Below, piece after piece: positions 1 to 15,100 of a stretch of 64,000 nt of DNA. A program made the position numbers and the translations under genes. The notes under the pieces were generated by a model that was not told the DNA's origin, ran no database searches, and was given only the letters and a program-made list of their open reading frames with translations. The stretch's first letter is position 1; each line of letters starts with the position of its first letter. Source of the DNA: Rhynchobatus australiae (taxonomy: Eukaryota); contig JAUZTB010000098.1 in assembly GCA_034780895.1 (NCBI GenBank), positions 76,786,993 through 76,850,992 of the forward strand, read 5' to 3'.

Positions 1-679
1 AAAATAGAATGAGCTTTTACCTGTATATAAAGGAAGAGATCAGTGAAAGCAAAGAATGAAATATTGGGTAACAAGAAAACAGCAAGATATTATATGATTT
101 TTTGCTTGCCTCCACAGAGGAAGACAACTAGTTCATGGGAAATCAAGGGGCACTGGGTTCTCGTAGAGATTGCTGAATATAAATGTAAAGGAGAAATGTA
201 CTTCCAGGGAACAAGTTGTCTGAACAATGCTAGCAACGATATGTAATTAAGGACCTTGTAACCAGTAACTGTGGGGGCAGGGAAAGAGGGAAAAATAACA
301 CGATTAAGCAGAGTCACCACAATTTAAAGCAAGCCTAAAACTTTTGTGAAAAGCAAACTAGTATTTGACACACCTATCTGAATTTTTTGTGACACAGGTA
401 GCAGCTTGAATCTGTTCAATCAGTGGCTGCTGTATGATTGAATTTTCAGAATATGTTTAAGAGAGGTAAGAAATTGCACACAAAGATCGGTCCATGGGCT
501 TGTGGGTAACATTGGAAATTCTGGAAATATGCAGCACACCAAACGGCAAGAGAATGAACGAGAATGCTGGAAGTGCCTGCTAGGTACTTCCATTTTCAGC
601 CAGCACCAATAGTATTGGTGTCAGTTTTTCTTGGTCTGCACTGTTGGATTCAGCTGTTTTAATGATTTCTTTTTAAACA

Positions 680-1077
680 TGTATAGTGTTTAATACACCT
701 CAAGTGACTGCACAAGGAATGGCCGCTTCCTAGCTTATTGGTTCATCCATCAGATGAATGTGTATTTTCTCATTGCTTGGTTTGGCTACAGGTATCTAAC
801 AAGTTTCCTGACTGGACTATTGTTAGCTAAGGAGTACCTCTTATCTCAGGTATAAAAAGGTGTCATTTTTTTGTTAATCACTCTCTTGCTCACTTCCCCC
901 CACCTCATCTTTAGTTCCTCGTCTCATCTCTTAGTAGTAAAGCTAGTGCCATGTGCTCTGTGACTGTTTCTTTGTTTTAAACTTTTCCAATAAAACTTTG
1001 TGAAGCACCATGTTGTTTTCAATTCATTCCTGGACTCCTGAAAGAACCTGCAGATTCGAAAATAACCAGATCCGACA
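680..1077 (+). mobile_element. Solo-LTR-like element, antisense to NUP153
   Basis: TG...CA ends, ATTGG boxes, TATAAAA at 851-857, pyrimidine-rich R region, AATAAA at 989-994; no clean target-site duplication seen. Confidence 0.45.
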
Positions 1078-2550
1078 GTACTTTATGATGGACATTCCCT
1101 TCCTATGCTCATCTGAAACATAAAAACTTGCCCATTTCCAACTTCTAATTTTCATGAAAGGTCATTGATCAGAAACATAAACTGTTTCTCTCTCCATGCA
1201 TGTCGTCTTGCCTTGTATTTCCAGCATTTTCTGTTCTTGTTTCAGATTTTCAGTACTGGCAGTTTTTTATTTTTCCAATTATGCATAACATGCTGAGTTG
1301 GTGAACTGACAGGAAGCAGAACATGTCATTTTCAAGATGATAGGGTACAACTATAGGGGGTCAATGCTTTGGGCATAGCCATTTACAATCCACAATTACA
1401 ACTGGGATGTAAACTATGCTAGTTGATCTTGGTAAATGTTCTTGCAAGGTGGTAGGCAAAATATAATTTAGGGGATGTGTAAAATTTGCCAAGGAAAAAG
1501 GGGAAAACAAAATCTTTTTCTCAAAAAAGATGAGACACTCTTCAAAGGAATGTGGGTGTTTTTTTGCAAACATTTTGCACATTCACATGCAATCATAGAG
1601 CAATTAGGAAGACAAACAACGTGCTAGCCTTGAAATAGAATGCTGCTGATGCGAGAGAAGATACTACTGCAATTATTTTCATGGATTCATAAACCTTAAC
1701 CATACGTACAGTAGTTTCCATCCCCATTAGCAAGGCAAAAGTTATCCTTGCTGACTCGGTACATCACTGGATTGAGAGGGCTACAAAATGTGAAAATACC
1801 GGAGGACAGTAGAGGTTGTTTTACTCTAATGAAGAATCTGGGTTACAATCTCAGAGTAAGGGAATTTAGGACAGAGATTAAGGAAAACAAAACTCTTCAG
1901 TCAGAATCATGGACATTTTCTACTCCAATGCAATGGTTAGTAATTGGTTTATTATTGCCACGTACCGAGGCACAATGAAAAGCTTTTGTTTGCATGCCAT
2001 TCAGACAGATCATTCCATACACAAGTATGTAGAGGTAATACAAGGGAAAAAGCAATGCAGAATATAGTGTTACAGTTACAATGAAAGTGTAATGCAGGAA
2101 GACAATTGCAAGAGCCATGACAAGGTTCATCTTCAGCGTATAAAGATATAAGGTTTAGTAATATATAAAGTCTGGANNNNNNNNNNNNNNNNNNNNNNNN
2201 NNNNNNNNNNNNNNNNNNNNNNNNNNNNNNNNNNNNNNNNNNNNNNNNNNNNNNNNNNNNNNNNNNNNNNNNNNNNNNNNNNNNNNNNNNNNNNNNTTGT
2301 CTTATTTCATATATCCTTAATTGCAAGCTCAAGCCACATGCACAATGGATACATGCATATCTCCCAATATCCTAATTTGAATGGATACCAACATTCCTTG
2401 ATCATTGGGATAAACCCTGTTATTCCTTGTATCAAAGATTAAGAGCAATCCAAGGATGAGGTCCATTACTACTTTCTGAAGGAGCAACAAATGGGGCCTT
2501 GACAGCTTTGGACATACTGTAAATAATATTTTAAAAAATTCATCACATAC

Positions 2551-3159
2551 CTGGCTTAGCATTCTGACAAGCCACACACTTGCTGTCCTCAGCCTTGTTT
2601 GGAACAAGGCATATGGCACAGTCCCACACTCCTTCGGGTTTCTTAAACTGGTCCGCCAGTCCCACAGAGGTACTGCTGGAAGTGTCGGACTCCGTTCTTG
2701 TTCTTTCAGTTACCATAGGGAAAGTCAGTGCAGGTTTAATTCCAGCTCCATGTTTTGGTGTTTCACAAGCCACACATTTGACAGCTTCTGAATTATTTTG
2801 AACTAAACAGCTATCACAGTTCCAGGTACCCACTGAAGGTTTGAATTTTTCTCCAAAACTCAATGGAGTCTCTATAGAAGCAGCTTTGCTACTGTTGGCT
2901 GACTCAATATTAGTCTGTACGGGAGGTGCTGATTTAGCAGTCTGACAAGCTACACATTTGCTATCTGTACTTTTGTTTTGTAAAAAGCAGGAACCACATT
3001 GCCACGAACCTTCAACTGGTTTGAACTTATCTTCAAATCCAAATGTGCTGGAGTTCTCATTATTTTTACCAGTAGTTGATGGTAAAGATTTCACAGTAAC
3101 TGGTGTACTGGTCAAGGAATTGACAGCACTTTGAGTGGAAGGCAGAGGTGAAGTAAACT
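2551..3159 (-). CDS. NUP153: NUP153 exon 16, three RanBP2-type (Ran-binding) zinc fingers
   Basis: Three W-x-C-x2-C-x3-N-x6-C-x2-C repeats (WQCGSC, WNCDSC, WDCAIC), each preceded by FK(P/K); acceptor TTCCAAG, donor CAG|GTATGT; 609 nt. Confidence 0.95.
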
Positions 3160-6100
3160 CTTGGAACAGATTAAAAAAAGAAACAAGTTTGTTCATTATT
3201 TTGCCAACATTACCTAGACAGGATAAACAGCACTTGAACACTTTTATCTCAATACCCCTATCAACTTGCCCAAACACAATTCAATTTTGCAAATTAAGCC
3301 ATGATTTTCCAGACGCCCCCAAAACAACGTAGCTTCACACGTGCACAATTAAGCACAAGTATAAAAATTATCAGAAGCAATACTGGAGTACTGTTGAAAG
3401 ATGATAATTTAATATGCATTATTGCCATTTTACTTGAGCAATCAGCTTGATCCTTTTCATACACAGACATTATGTAAATACAAGACACCATGCTAGCTTG
3501 GTGCCGCATTTGGATGTTACTGCCAAAAGCATAATAATCTAGCAAGTACCACAGTTGGAATTTAAAAGCTACAGATGCTGGAAATCCAAAACAAACAGAA
3601 AACACTGGGAGAACTCAGTAGGTAGAGCCGGAACAGAACAAAAATAAGATTCTCTGCATTCTCACCTTTCATCCCAGCAACCTCCACATTCAACAGATCA
3701 TCCTCCATAATTTCCACAACGTTTAATGGAACCCCAGCACCAGATATCTTCTTGTCCCTCCCCTTTCAATATTCCAAAGGCAGGGTTCCATCTGTGACTC
3801 CCTGTCCACTCTTCCATTTCCAAGATCATTCCCCTTCTCAATGCACTTTCCCAACACAACAGCATGTGATGCAGCATCTGCCCTATTACCTCTTGCCTTC
3901 CCACCATCCAGGGACCTAAACTGTCTTGCCAGTTGAAGGTGCAGTTGACTTGCATTTCTTTTTAGTGTTTTGCATTCGGTGCTCTTGGTGTAGTCTCCTC
4001 CACACAATGGAAAGCAAATGTACTTGGGTAACCACTTAGCAGAATACTCCATTCAGTCCACAAGGATTACTCCAGTTGCTTTCTATTTTAATTCTACATC
4101 CTACTCAAACTTCTTGGTCTTTAGCCTCTTTATATTGTTCCAATGATCCCTAATGCAAGTTTGATGAACAGTACCTCAGATTCCACCTGAATTTAACAGT
4201 TTCAGGTAACTTTTTTTTTAAATACTCAGGTGTGTTTGTACCTTTGTTTCAATTTTATTGTGTCTCCAACAGCTGGTTTTTAAAGTAATTGTTGCCTTGG
4301 CAATTTTGGTCTACATTCCACTGTTTCCTNNNNNNNNAATGCAAATTAAAACACACCTGTTTTCTCACTTTTCCAGTTCTAATACAAGGTTCTTAACTCT
4401 ACCTGTCAACTTTTTCTCTCCATAGTGAGATCATTTGATTTGCCGAGTGCATCCAGCATTTTCTGTTTTTGTTTTGAATCACCATAATTGAGCTGTTATA
4501 TGTTAAGAGATCTAATAATTAGTTACGGAGAGTTATATTTTAGTTACCCTTGGATATTGATCAAGCAAAACCTAAAATAGGAATACTACTCAGGAGAGAA
4601 ACAGCTGTTTTTACATTATCTTTTCAAAAAGAAGAGTACTTACCAGGACCTTTTAGGATGTCCAGAACACTGCCTTGCTTCAGAGCTTTAGCAGGTTTTA
4701 ATGGCCCCTCACATTGTTCATCTTTTCCCTTGTTTGGTGGTGTAGAAAGAGAAGGCGATGATGTGCACTTTGCTGAAGGATTGTATGAAAGATTTTAATT
4801 ATTGACATTGTCAAGTTTTAGGCTAACGTTTGACCAATTTAGATGTTGTAAAATTGTATGTACCTGTATTAATGGAGGGTCTAGCAGATACAATGAATGG
4901 AACTGACTTGTCAATCGGCTCACTAAAGGTAAATCCAGTCTTTGATGGTGGGCAAGAGGGGTAGAAAGAGAATGGGATAATTACAAGTGCAGACGTTAGG
5001 AGATACTGTTGCCATTTTACAATAGTATTAATTACTCTAGATTGCAGAAATAACTTGAATAGAGATTTTGTTTTGAACTAATGTTTGTTTTGAACACAAT
5101 GTAAATCACAGTACTTTACAAAGATTTTATCTCAACAAAATTACTTACAGATACTGAAACAGGTTGCAGATTTGCTTCTGTTGCTTTTATATTCGGTGTA
5201 GAAAAGGTAAAAGCAACACTGTTTGGACTGGATACAACTGCCTATACATGAAGAAAAATAATATTCAAATACACATACATTGGTTTCAGCACTGATCTTT
5301 TCCACTACTATCTTAATGTTTGTATGAGACAATTGATAACTGATCCATTCCAGATTCAGTAATTTTTCTCCACAGAAGGTGAAATCCCTTCACAATTACC
5401 CCATCAGAATGCATTCTCTCTCTTGCAAGCTTGATTTTTTTTTAAAAAAAAGCTGTCCTAGAAATTTATAGACAAATATAAATGTTTGCCTTTCCAACTA
5501 TATTACTTACATATGAAAAATAAATTAAACCTCAAAGTCAACTGCTTTGCTGAGTAGAAATTAAGAACATAAGAAATATAAAATGGGAGTAGGTCACATA
5601 AGGCCTCAAATTCTGTCCCTCATTCTTTAAGGTTATGTCTGATGGCGCCCACACCACTTTCATCTTCTCCCTTCATCAATATTTTGATTTTAAAAAAATA
5701 ACATAAGGCTGATGAAGGGCTGAATTGATTCAGGACTATTATTCTTCCTGGCAATATTTTAAGCTCCTTTTAATCTAATATGATCTTTAGTGAGCTGTTC
5801 AAGGACCATTTTTATAAGGAGTTTTTAATTTCTTCATGAAATATAGATTCACAGAGAATATTTATTTAAATAATTGTTTGCATATTTCAGTTTAATTCCT
5901 CTTCTAGCATACTAATTCACTTTATATTTACATAATTAGCTTTATAAGTTCAAAACTCTAATTTCCAAATGAACTGGTGTTCCTCTCAAACTGCAAATTA
6001 TAGTCTATATGAACACTTCTCTCTGGCAAGATCCTTACTGTTATATTACTAATTAAAGCAATGTCATTACACAAGATGAAATCTCTTCTTCAAAGAGTTA

Positions 6101-9100
6101 CAAATTTGATGTTCTTGGATTCTGATGGCAAGAGAAATAAGGTATTTCAAAGTTTAAATGTACAACCAATTTACTTATAACATTATTGAAATGAGAAAAT
6201 GTCAAGGGAATTACACAAAAAAGGTATAGAAGTAATCATGAGATGTACTACCATTAATTGCCTATGATCTGCATCCTCTGCAGTGGGCATTTTGTGAAAA
6301 AGCTGGCAATAAAAAGAAAGCAACATGCAAAACCACTCTACCTTGTTAGGAGGAGGTTTAGTTACTGCTGGTGTTACAGGTAATGGTGCAGCAGAAGGGG
6401 AGCCAAAGTTAAAGGTTGGCAACGCTATGGTTTTAATTGGTAAAGATACTTCGGGAAGTTCTGGAGCTGGGGCCTGGACCTGCAGAAGGCACAATATTGT
6501 AGTTATAATTTGAATGCACTGTCACATGGCAATCTCCAAACAAATTGTAAATAGCAAGTTAAAACACATCTTAAAATGTCACATAATAAGTCATGCATGT
6601 AACATGAAACAAGAAATAGGAAATTAAAGTTTGCAATTTAACTCCAAGGTTCAAAACCACACAAAATCATTAAATAGTAATGTCTTAACTTGAAGAACTT
6701 TATTCCATATTTTCATATATGGTCCCTACATCCCTGCAATATTGCTGAAAAAGCTCAAATTCCACCAGATGGATTCAGCTATTGCTATTGTTTTGTCTAG
6801 CTGTTGATCTCACTACAGCTCTAGGTCATGATCCTGGACTGCTAANNNNNNNNNNNNNNNNNNNNNNNNNNNNNNNNNNNNNNNNNNNNNNNNNNNNNNN
6901 NNNNNNNNNNNNNNNNNNNNNNNGTTTACATGTTACTAGTATTCATATTTGCTATTTAAGTACAAGTTTCTAAATGGAGAATAATTTGGTTGTTTAGGAG
7001 ATATTTAACAAGTCAGAATACAAAATGGGAAGGATATGGGAGAACTAAAAGTGACTATTCTTTTCTGGCAACTAAAAGCTTAAGAGAGTATAAAAACTTA
7101 AAGGATATATGGGCACGACTTATTAAGCAGCAGAGTTTAGTCTATTAGAATTTAGATTAATTACATGAATTATTATTAAACCAAATTAGTGTTACTTTAT
7201 TAATCTTTGGTCCTGTCTTTTTCAATTTTCAATGCAATAAGTGAAAATTAATATCAAAACTCAGAATGAGCAGTAAGGTGAACTCCCAAGAACTCTTACA
7301 CTGATTTTATCCTGAACTGCTGCCTCATCAACTAGCTACCTGATGTCTGATGCTAAAATTCCATGTAAAGATAGATCTAATAAGTTTATATATCAGAATG
7401 GACAGGAAAGAAAATGTCCTGCATGAATCATTTCACTAAGTGTCACCAAGTCCTTGATAGAACTTTGGCTACCAGAAAATGCAAAATAATATACAATTGT
7501 AAAGCTAACGAAAAATGCATGCACATGCTAGGTAGAAATCTGAAACAAAAACAGAAAATGCTGGAAACACTCAACCAGGTCAGTAGAGAGAGACACAGAG
7601 ATAACGTTTCAGATCGAATGTCTTTCATTAGTATTAGCAAAGATAGAAATCAAACATAATTTAAGTAGCAGAAAAGGGGGAGGAGTGATGATTATAAAGG
7701 AAGCGTCAGTAATAGGGTGGAGGCCATAAGAGACTGAGTGGTGGTGTTGACTGGGTGTGGTGAAGGTTTTCTAATCACAGCGGATCTGTCTGGAGGAGAT
7801 GCAAGAGGTGAATGAAAAGGAGAAAAAAGTTTCTGGGTCTGAGATATAGAACAGATGTTAGAAACCTGAAATTAAAAAAACTCTACCCCTATGGCAATCC
7901 TTACTCTGTGCAGTTTCAAACATTCAAAAAAAAAATTATTTTTTTTTGCTTTGAGGTCTATGAAAGTCGGGCTTTTCATTATTACAATTGAGTGGTCACA
8001 CATACAAATTTCACCAATACAGTCAATAAATGCATTTCTTGTTACAATCAATTTTTTATTTAAATTTTCAAAATANNNNNNNNNNNNNNNNNNNNNNNNN
8101 NNNNNNNNNNNNNNNNNNNNNNNNNNNNNNNNNNNNNNNNNNNNNNNNNNNNNNNNNNNNNNNNNNNNNNNNNNNTAAATGCATTTCTTGTTACAATCAA
8201 TTTTTTTCTGTAATTTTCCAAATACAGATTATTTTATTTAATTCTAGAACAAATCCATAAATTTAGCCATGCAATGTAATTCTATTCACTATTTAATAGC
8301 ACTATGAGTCCTGCAAATATCAATCAATAAACTATGCACTGGGAAAGCTCAAGTGCGGAATGACACATTCTGTATCATTTGTGAAGCTAAAGAAATTGAT
8401 CATTCAGAAGAGAGGACCAAACCAATGATACTCTTAAGAACACAAGTTAGGAACACTGCACAAATGGAAGAAAGGGAAAGCTCAATCATTTAACAGTTAC
8501 TCAACAAAACGACTTGAGCAGAGATTTAGTGCTGATACACAAGACACAATAAAGCAACAGCCAAAATCCAGTAACATAGAGACAATTTATTCTAACCTCC
8601 TGTGCAACTCTTGATGAGTAATGCCCCTTTTCTCTCTTCATTTTTCCTCCAGCTCCTCCAGACACAAGGCCATTGGTTGCATGAGAAACAGTTGCTTGAT
8701 ATGAGCAGCTGGTATCACTACAACACAAATAAAAAGGGAGAATGCCTCGGAATAGCTGTCTAGTGAATAAAATATTTCAAAATTCCTATCTGACATAAAA
8801 ATGATGTGAGAATTGCAGGCACCATACCTTTTTGTTGTTTGAAGGCTGACTTCAGGGGGGACAGGCGACTTTTCCTTCGGTCTCTGAAATCACAGATGGA
8901 TTAGAATTTAATACTCGGCCCCAGTGTTTTTTCTAATAGAACTTTTCAAACTTCTTAGTAGTATTTTTATTTTGCCCAAGTCTTTACGTATATTTATGAA
9001 TGACAAAGAGATACATGAACATTTAATGTAAATGACAGCTCTATAATGACTTCTTTCTTCATTGGCCTGCAAAATGCTTAAGCCTTGAACAGAAATGGTC

Positions 9101-12100
9101 AAGGGAAACAATCCCAGTGAAGTATTACTGAATTACTATTTAAAAAGCACTCTAAAAATGCACTAAAGACCATTTAAACTATTTTCTACATTTTGCAATA
9201 CTTCAGAATTTTCCCATTCAGACTATTTTCAGAGTCCAACAAAGCTGTAACAGCAGTAAAGTGGAACATATTTTAATTATGCCACTGGACCAACTTTAGA
9301 GACAGAAGATTTCATTAACTACATTGGCAATCACACAACGAAACCAAAAGTACAGAGAAACTGTTCGTTCAAAGCCCAGATTTTTACAAATCACCTCCAT
9401 TATCAAAGAGGTGTTATCATCTGTTATCAAAGTAACTTTATTCAGATAATATTAAGAAAAAAATTACAAGGCAAGTGAACAACACTGACTTTAAGCAATA
9501 AAAAACGTTCAATCCCGAAGTGTCCACTTCTAGTTATGATAAATTAATTTAAACTTAGTGGCTGGCATAGATTAGAACTATGAAGAATAATGAGCATTCA
9601 ATCATAACTAATCAAGCTGTTAAACAAATAACACACGGATGTTTCAAAAGTAAGATGTATTTCTTACATTGTTTCGGATTTCAGTCCTATTAATATGTCT
9701 ATTACTCTGCCATCCAGGGGTCAGAGATGGCTTGTAAAACATAGATCTATTTGCAGCTCCAGAAGCAACTGTAGGTGTCTGAAGTTTCTGGACAGGAGGA
9801 GACTGGATTTCTACCTGAAAATAAAAGTAGGAATTTAGCTATGTTTGCAACTGCAAATTAATTATGTTATTATAACACTACTTATGCAACAAATTAGTAA
9901 TCATGAATTAAATGATTTTGCTGTAGAAATATTTGAAATGACCAAATAATTTTAACAAAGTAAAATCAAAACAAGCAGTTACAAGTTTATAAAGAAAATC
10001 TGCAGTACAGAGGCAGCCCTTTTTTCCCCCCAAAACCCTTCTCCTTCCTTTTGCCAAATCAAGTAGGAAATGGTTTGCTGTACACACAGCTCAGTATTGT
10101 ATGTGGACAATTGAACTACTTTTGCCCAGTAACAGCTGAATGTACAATCAACAGTTGCTCTGGCAGTATTGTGCTTTTGCAATTTAAGCTAATTTGGCCT
10201 CTGATGCCACTGTTCTATTCCTGATCACAGCTGCAGTATTCAACTTTTATGAATACTGTAGAGCTTTTCAAGTAGGTATCTCTGTGGCACAATATCAAGA
10301 AATGCTGCTGAATCAGATGTTTGCAATATCATCACAGTTAAATATAAAAAAGGGGGAGAAGATGCCACAATCAACACAAAATTTTCTTTTGCTTATGTGC
10401 AAACTAATTATTCAACAATTATACATAACTAAATAGGAGATTACGCATTTTAATTTTATTGTGTGCTCCTTTAATAAATTTATACCATCAACATTTGCTT
10501 GGCAATAATGTTTAAATACGGTATATATACACACACTCTCTCATCCTAGTCCTTAGTCAGTTCTTCCATTTGGCAAGGCAAGAAGTGATTAGGGATAGTC
10601 AGCATAGGCTTTATGAATGGGAAATTATGTCTCTCAAATTTTTTTTTGAAGAGGTGACCGAATGGAATGATAGGGGAGGGCGGGGGACATTGTCTACATG
10701 GACTTTAGCAAGGCCTTTGACAAGGTCCCGATGGTAGGCTGGTCCAGAAGGGATCCAGGGACACCTAGCTAATTGGATACAAAATGTGCTTCTGATAGGA
10801 GGCAGAGGGTGGTAGTGGAGCTTTGCTTTTCAGATTGTAGGACTATGACCAGCAGTGTGCCACAGGGATCAGTGCTGGGTGCCCTGTTGTTTATCATATA
10901 TATTTGGACGAGAATACAAGTGGCATGATTAGCAAGTCTGCAAATGACACCAAAACTTGTGGGAAAGTGAATGGTGAAGGAGGTTGTCTTAGGTTACAAC
11001 AAGATATTGATCAACCAGGAAAGTGGGCAAATAGCAGATGGAATTTAACTTAGACAAATGTGACCCGATGCAGTTTGGGAAGTTAAAACAGGCCAGGACA
11101 TACACTGGGAGTGCCAGGGACCCCAGGATTGTTGTTGAATAGAAAGACCTAGGAGTACAAGTAAATAGCTCCCTGACAGCAGTAAGAGGTAAATAGGGTG
11201 GCGAAGAAGGCATATGGTGTGCTTGCCTTCATTAGCTGGGACACTGAGTATAAGAGTTGAGACTTCATGTTACAGTTGTATAAAACATTGGCTGGACCAC
11301 GCTTGGATTATTATGTGCAGTTCTGGTTGCCACACTAGAGGAAGGCTTGAGCTATTAAGGCGGGATTAGATAGGCTGGGACTGTTTTCCCTGGAGCAAAG
11401 GACGCGGAGGGGTGACCTTATAGGTTTATAAAATTATATGGGGTACAGATTGGGTAGATAGTCACAGTCTTTCNNNNNNNNNNNNNNNNNNNNNNNNNNN
11501 NNNNNNNNNNNNNNNNNNNNNNNNNNNNNNNNNNNNNNNNNNNNNNNNNNNNNNNNNNNNNNNNNNNNNNNNNCAGATTGGGTAGATAGTCACAGTCTTT
11601 CCTAGAGGTCATAGGTTTAAGGTGAGAGGGGAAAGATTTAAAGAGGATCTGAAGGGCAAGTTTTTTCACACAGGTGGTGGTGGGTTTATGGATGAGCTGC
11701 TGGAGGTGGTGGTAAAGACAGGTACAATTACAAATGTCTAAAAACAAATATTTGGACAGGTGCATGGATAGGAAAGGATTAGAGGGATATGGACCTAAAG
11801 CAGCCAAATGGGATTAGCCTAGAAGTGCATTTTGGCATGCAAATGGCCTGTTTCTATACTGTATAACTCTATGAATCTGTAAGGTTAAACATGCAGCTTA
11901 TTGCCAGGTAACATTTCAAACATGCTATAATTAAAAGATACAATAGCACAAGTTCTTATGTGGAAAAAAAGTGCCCTTGGAGTTAAAGTTTTAGATTTGC
12001 TGACTGTGGTAAAAGTTTCACTATACCTTTCTCATCTTGGACTGCCATCCAGTAACATCTATGGTACTTCTCTCCAAAGGCTGAAACAAAATTCATATTG

Positions 12101-15100
12101 TAAGTATCAGCAAAGATTTGTGAGGATCATTANNNNNNNNNNNNNTACAATCAAGAGGGAGGAAAGAACACAACTTGCAGAATACGAAAAAGACAATCAA
12201 TAAAAAATTTTAATGCAAAGTATTCATGGAATTATGCCTAATTTTGAAATATTCTACCTCAACTTAATGCAAGGTATTTTGTAAGCTTTGAAAGATTTGT
12301 GTACGTGGGAAAATGCCATTTTTCTAAAATAAAGGACAACCATTTTATATTTGGTGGGTTGGGGCCCAAATTTATGCTTTATACCAGATGTTAAATGCAT
12401 AAACAAATACTGTGATTATAAATTTTCTTTGTTTCTATTGAACTGAGAATTGAAGTTCTATTAATTTTTTTTTAGTTATTTTGAGGCTTTTCAATGTGTG
12501 TGTAAAATGTACAGCACATTAATTTAATAAAAATGAATAAAGTGCTATTCTCATCCTCAGATGAACTGATCAATGCCTATTATTAATATATTCCATTTTA
12601 TAAGAACTGTGGGAAGGATGAATTTGCATAGGACAAAACATACATTAATGATTAGCATCTTTCATAAAATAGATGGTTAACAAAAATCAGAAATCAAAAC
12701 GTCTCAAAATAAAGTCTTTTAAGTCAATTCTAGTCTGAACTAATCATCAATGACAGCTATTTTCACTTACTGTAGATACTGGAGATTCCACTGCAGATGG
12801 AATTCTTTTAGCATCCTGAAAACACAGTACATCAGATGTTATAAAGTTTTATACTTAAATATCTTTATTTTTGCTTCCTTTCTTTCCTCTCATGTTTCTT
12901 TATATCAATGACCAGTCCAGTCTCAAGGTGCCATCGTTTGATATCACAGAATGTCATCTGCACTGCAAAATGTTATGTTCTCATCAGTATGCTTGTTTCT
13001 TTAATTCTGCCTACATTTAAATACACCCTTTACTATAGATTCTGAAATCCAAATTATTTTCCAGGGAATAGGATACTCCACCTCAAAAGATATGTCAATT
13101 TGGATTTGGTGCTCAAACTGCAAAATGGGGAACACAGAATTTTCTGATTTACAGTTCTTCCACCAAGCCAATAATGGCCTCTTATCTGCAATTTTACTCT
13201 ACATATTTGAAAGAGGTGAATATTCCCAAACATTAAATAGGGTCTAAGAGTGAACTGCACCTGTTTTGCAGAAAAAGCTACCTGATAGCCCAAATGGCAT
13301 TTTCATATTCATGTACTTCTTTTTAAATCGTTCCTATTAGAATGAACATCAAAGAGCATCTTCATGAATTACCTTTCATCCAAATCGTTAAGTTTCAGAG
13401 GTGAGTTCTGATCAGTGCTGTCAATCAACTACAGTTAGTGGCCATTTCTGATTCAAAGGGGAGCCAATGTGTTAACTTTGGTTTAAGCATAATAATCACA
13501 TCAGCAACGTAGAAAAATATCCTTTCCTCACACTTCCTCCATGGAATCTGCAGGCAGTCCTTACTAAGATGATTTTTTTAACCATGTTTAGAAGCAAGGA
13601 ACCTGGGTATCCTGAACTTAATTAAACAGCTAATTTCTTTAACTTGTCCCAATGAAAAGAAATCTGATTTTTGATGTTACCTATATCCCACCTCCACTCA
13701 ACTATCACCACAGAAACTGTCAAGTTCCACACAAGGGAACTATTTGTTACCTAGATGAATCTACAATGCGGGTAAATGACTTGCTTAACAGTGCCATTAA
13801 AATAGTGATTAACTTGCAATTTTATTTTAAATCATGATAGTCCAGGTTCAGTTCAAAATGAAAAGGTAATTTAGATATAGGATATGAAATTGGGCTGTTA
13901 ATGCATAATTGCTCCTTTCCTATTGTAAGATTTCCAATGTCACTGCTAGTATGTCTGGATGGTAGCTTAAAATGAATGAGAAACAAGACAGGTCAGAACA
14001 TTCTTGCTTCCTTTTCATCAGTGAGAGTCTGCTACCCTTTAGCTTCAAGATAAATGTGACTGAAGTTGGAAAACTTAAGACTGATGAAATTATCATCATA
14101 AGAAATCTTCAAAAAGGAGTTTATAACCTATTAGAACAAGCTGGAGCAGAGATAAATATCTACAATGTCAATCAGGTGTATTGGAAATTATAATAGACTG
14201 CAGGAGCAAAACACCAATAAAAGTTTCCGGATATAATTTAGGGCTCTCATGACATGAAGCCCAATTTATCATCAGAACAATGTTTTAAAAAAAAATGCGC
14301 TGTTCATTAAGAAATAGATGAACCCATGATTTGCTTTCCTTCTTGAAAGAGCAAGGGGACAACAATGTTTCTTCCCCCAACAACCACCCCTCCCACTGCA
14401 ATACTATCAACCTACGTAATTTCTATACAGTCAAGATTGGTTGCTCAATACCTAGCCCCAGATCACAGAAGGGTTCTCTAATTAAATGCTGGCAACATAA
14501 AACTATTGCCTCCGCACACACCCACTTGCCATAAGGTCAGTTCTCAATCACCCAATGCCTTCCTTCTGCCACTTACTGTCTCAAGCATCATTTTTTAATT
14601 GGATCAGAGTTTCTGACCCTAAATCCTCATCTTGATTCTCTATTTCTTTATCCACAATATTCTCCAGAGCAGCCTACACTCCTCTGCATTCGCTAATCTT
14701 GAGCAACTTCCAAAATCTTTTTCCTGTTTCCTAACATGCATCCATCAGTGCTCACTGTCTTGTTTCCTAATTCACCAAAGGTTTTCACCCTCATTCTCAA
14801 AATGGCCTCCCATCCCATTGATTCCATTCTTCTGTAAACTCCAACAGCTCTGCAACTGCACTGCATTCTTCTAATTTGGCCACGAGTTACGTTCTTCCTT
14901 AACTCATCCAGTGACAGCTGAACCTTGAACCTTATAGGCTTTAAGCTCGGTAATTCTCTACCATCCCCTATCCTTCTTTAAAATCTCTTCANNNNNNNNN
15001 NNNNNNNNNNNNNNNNNNNNNNNNNNNNNNNNNNNNNNNNNNNNNNNNNNNNNNNNNNNNNNNNNNNNNNNNNNNNNNNNNNNNNNNNNNNNNNNNNNNN

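Noticed and set aside
8026-8215. Apparent direct repeats flanking 100-N gaps (also 11445-11601 and 61760-62010)
   Set aside because: The same sequence on both sides of a fixed-length gap indicates unmerged contig overlap or haplotype duplication, an assembly artefact
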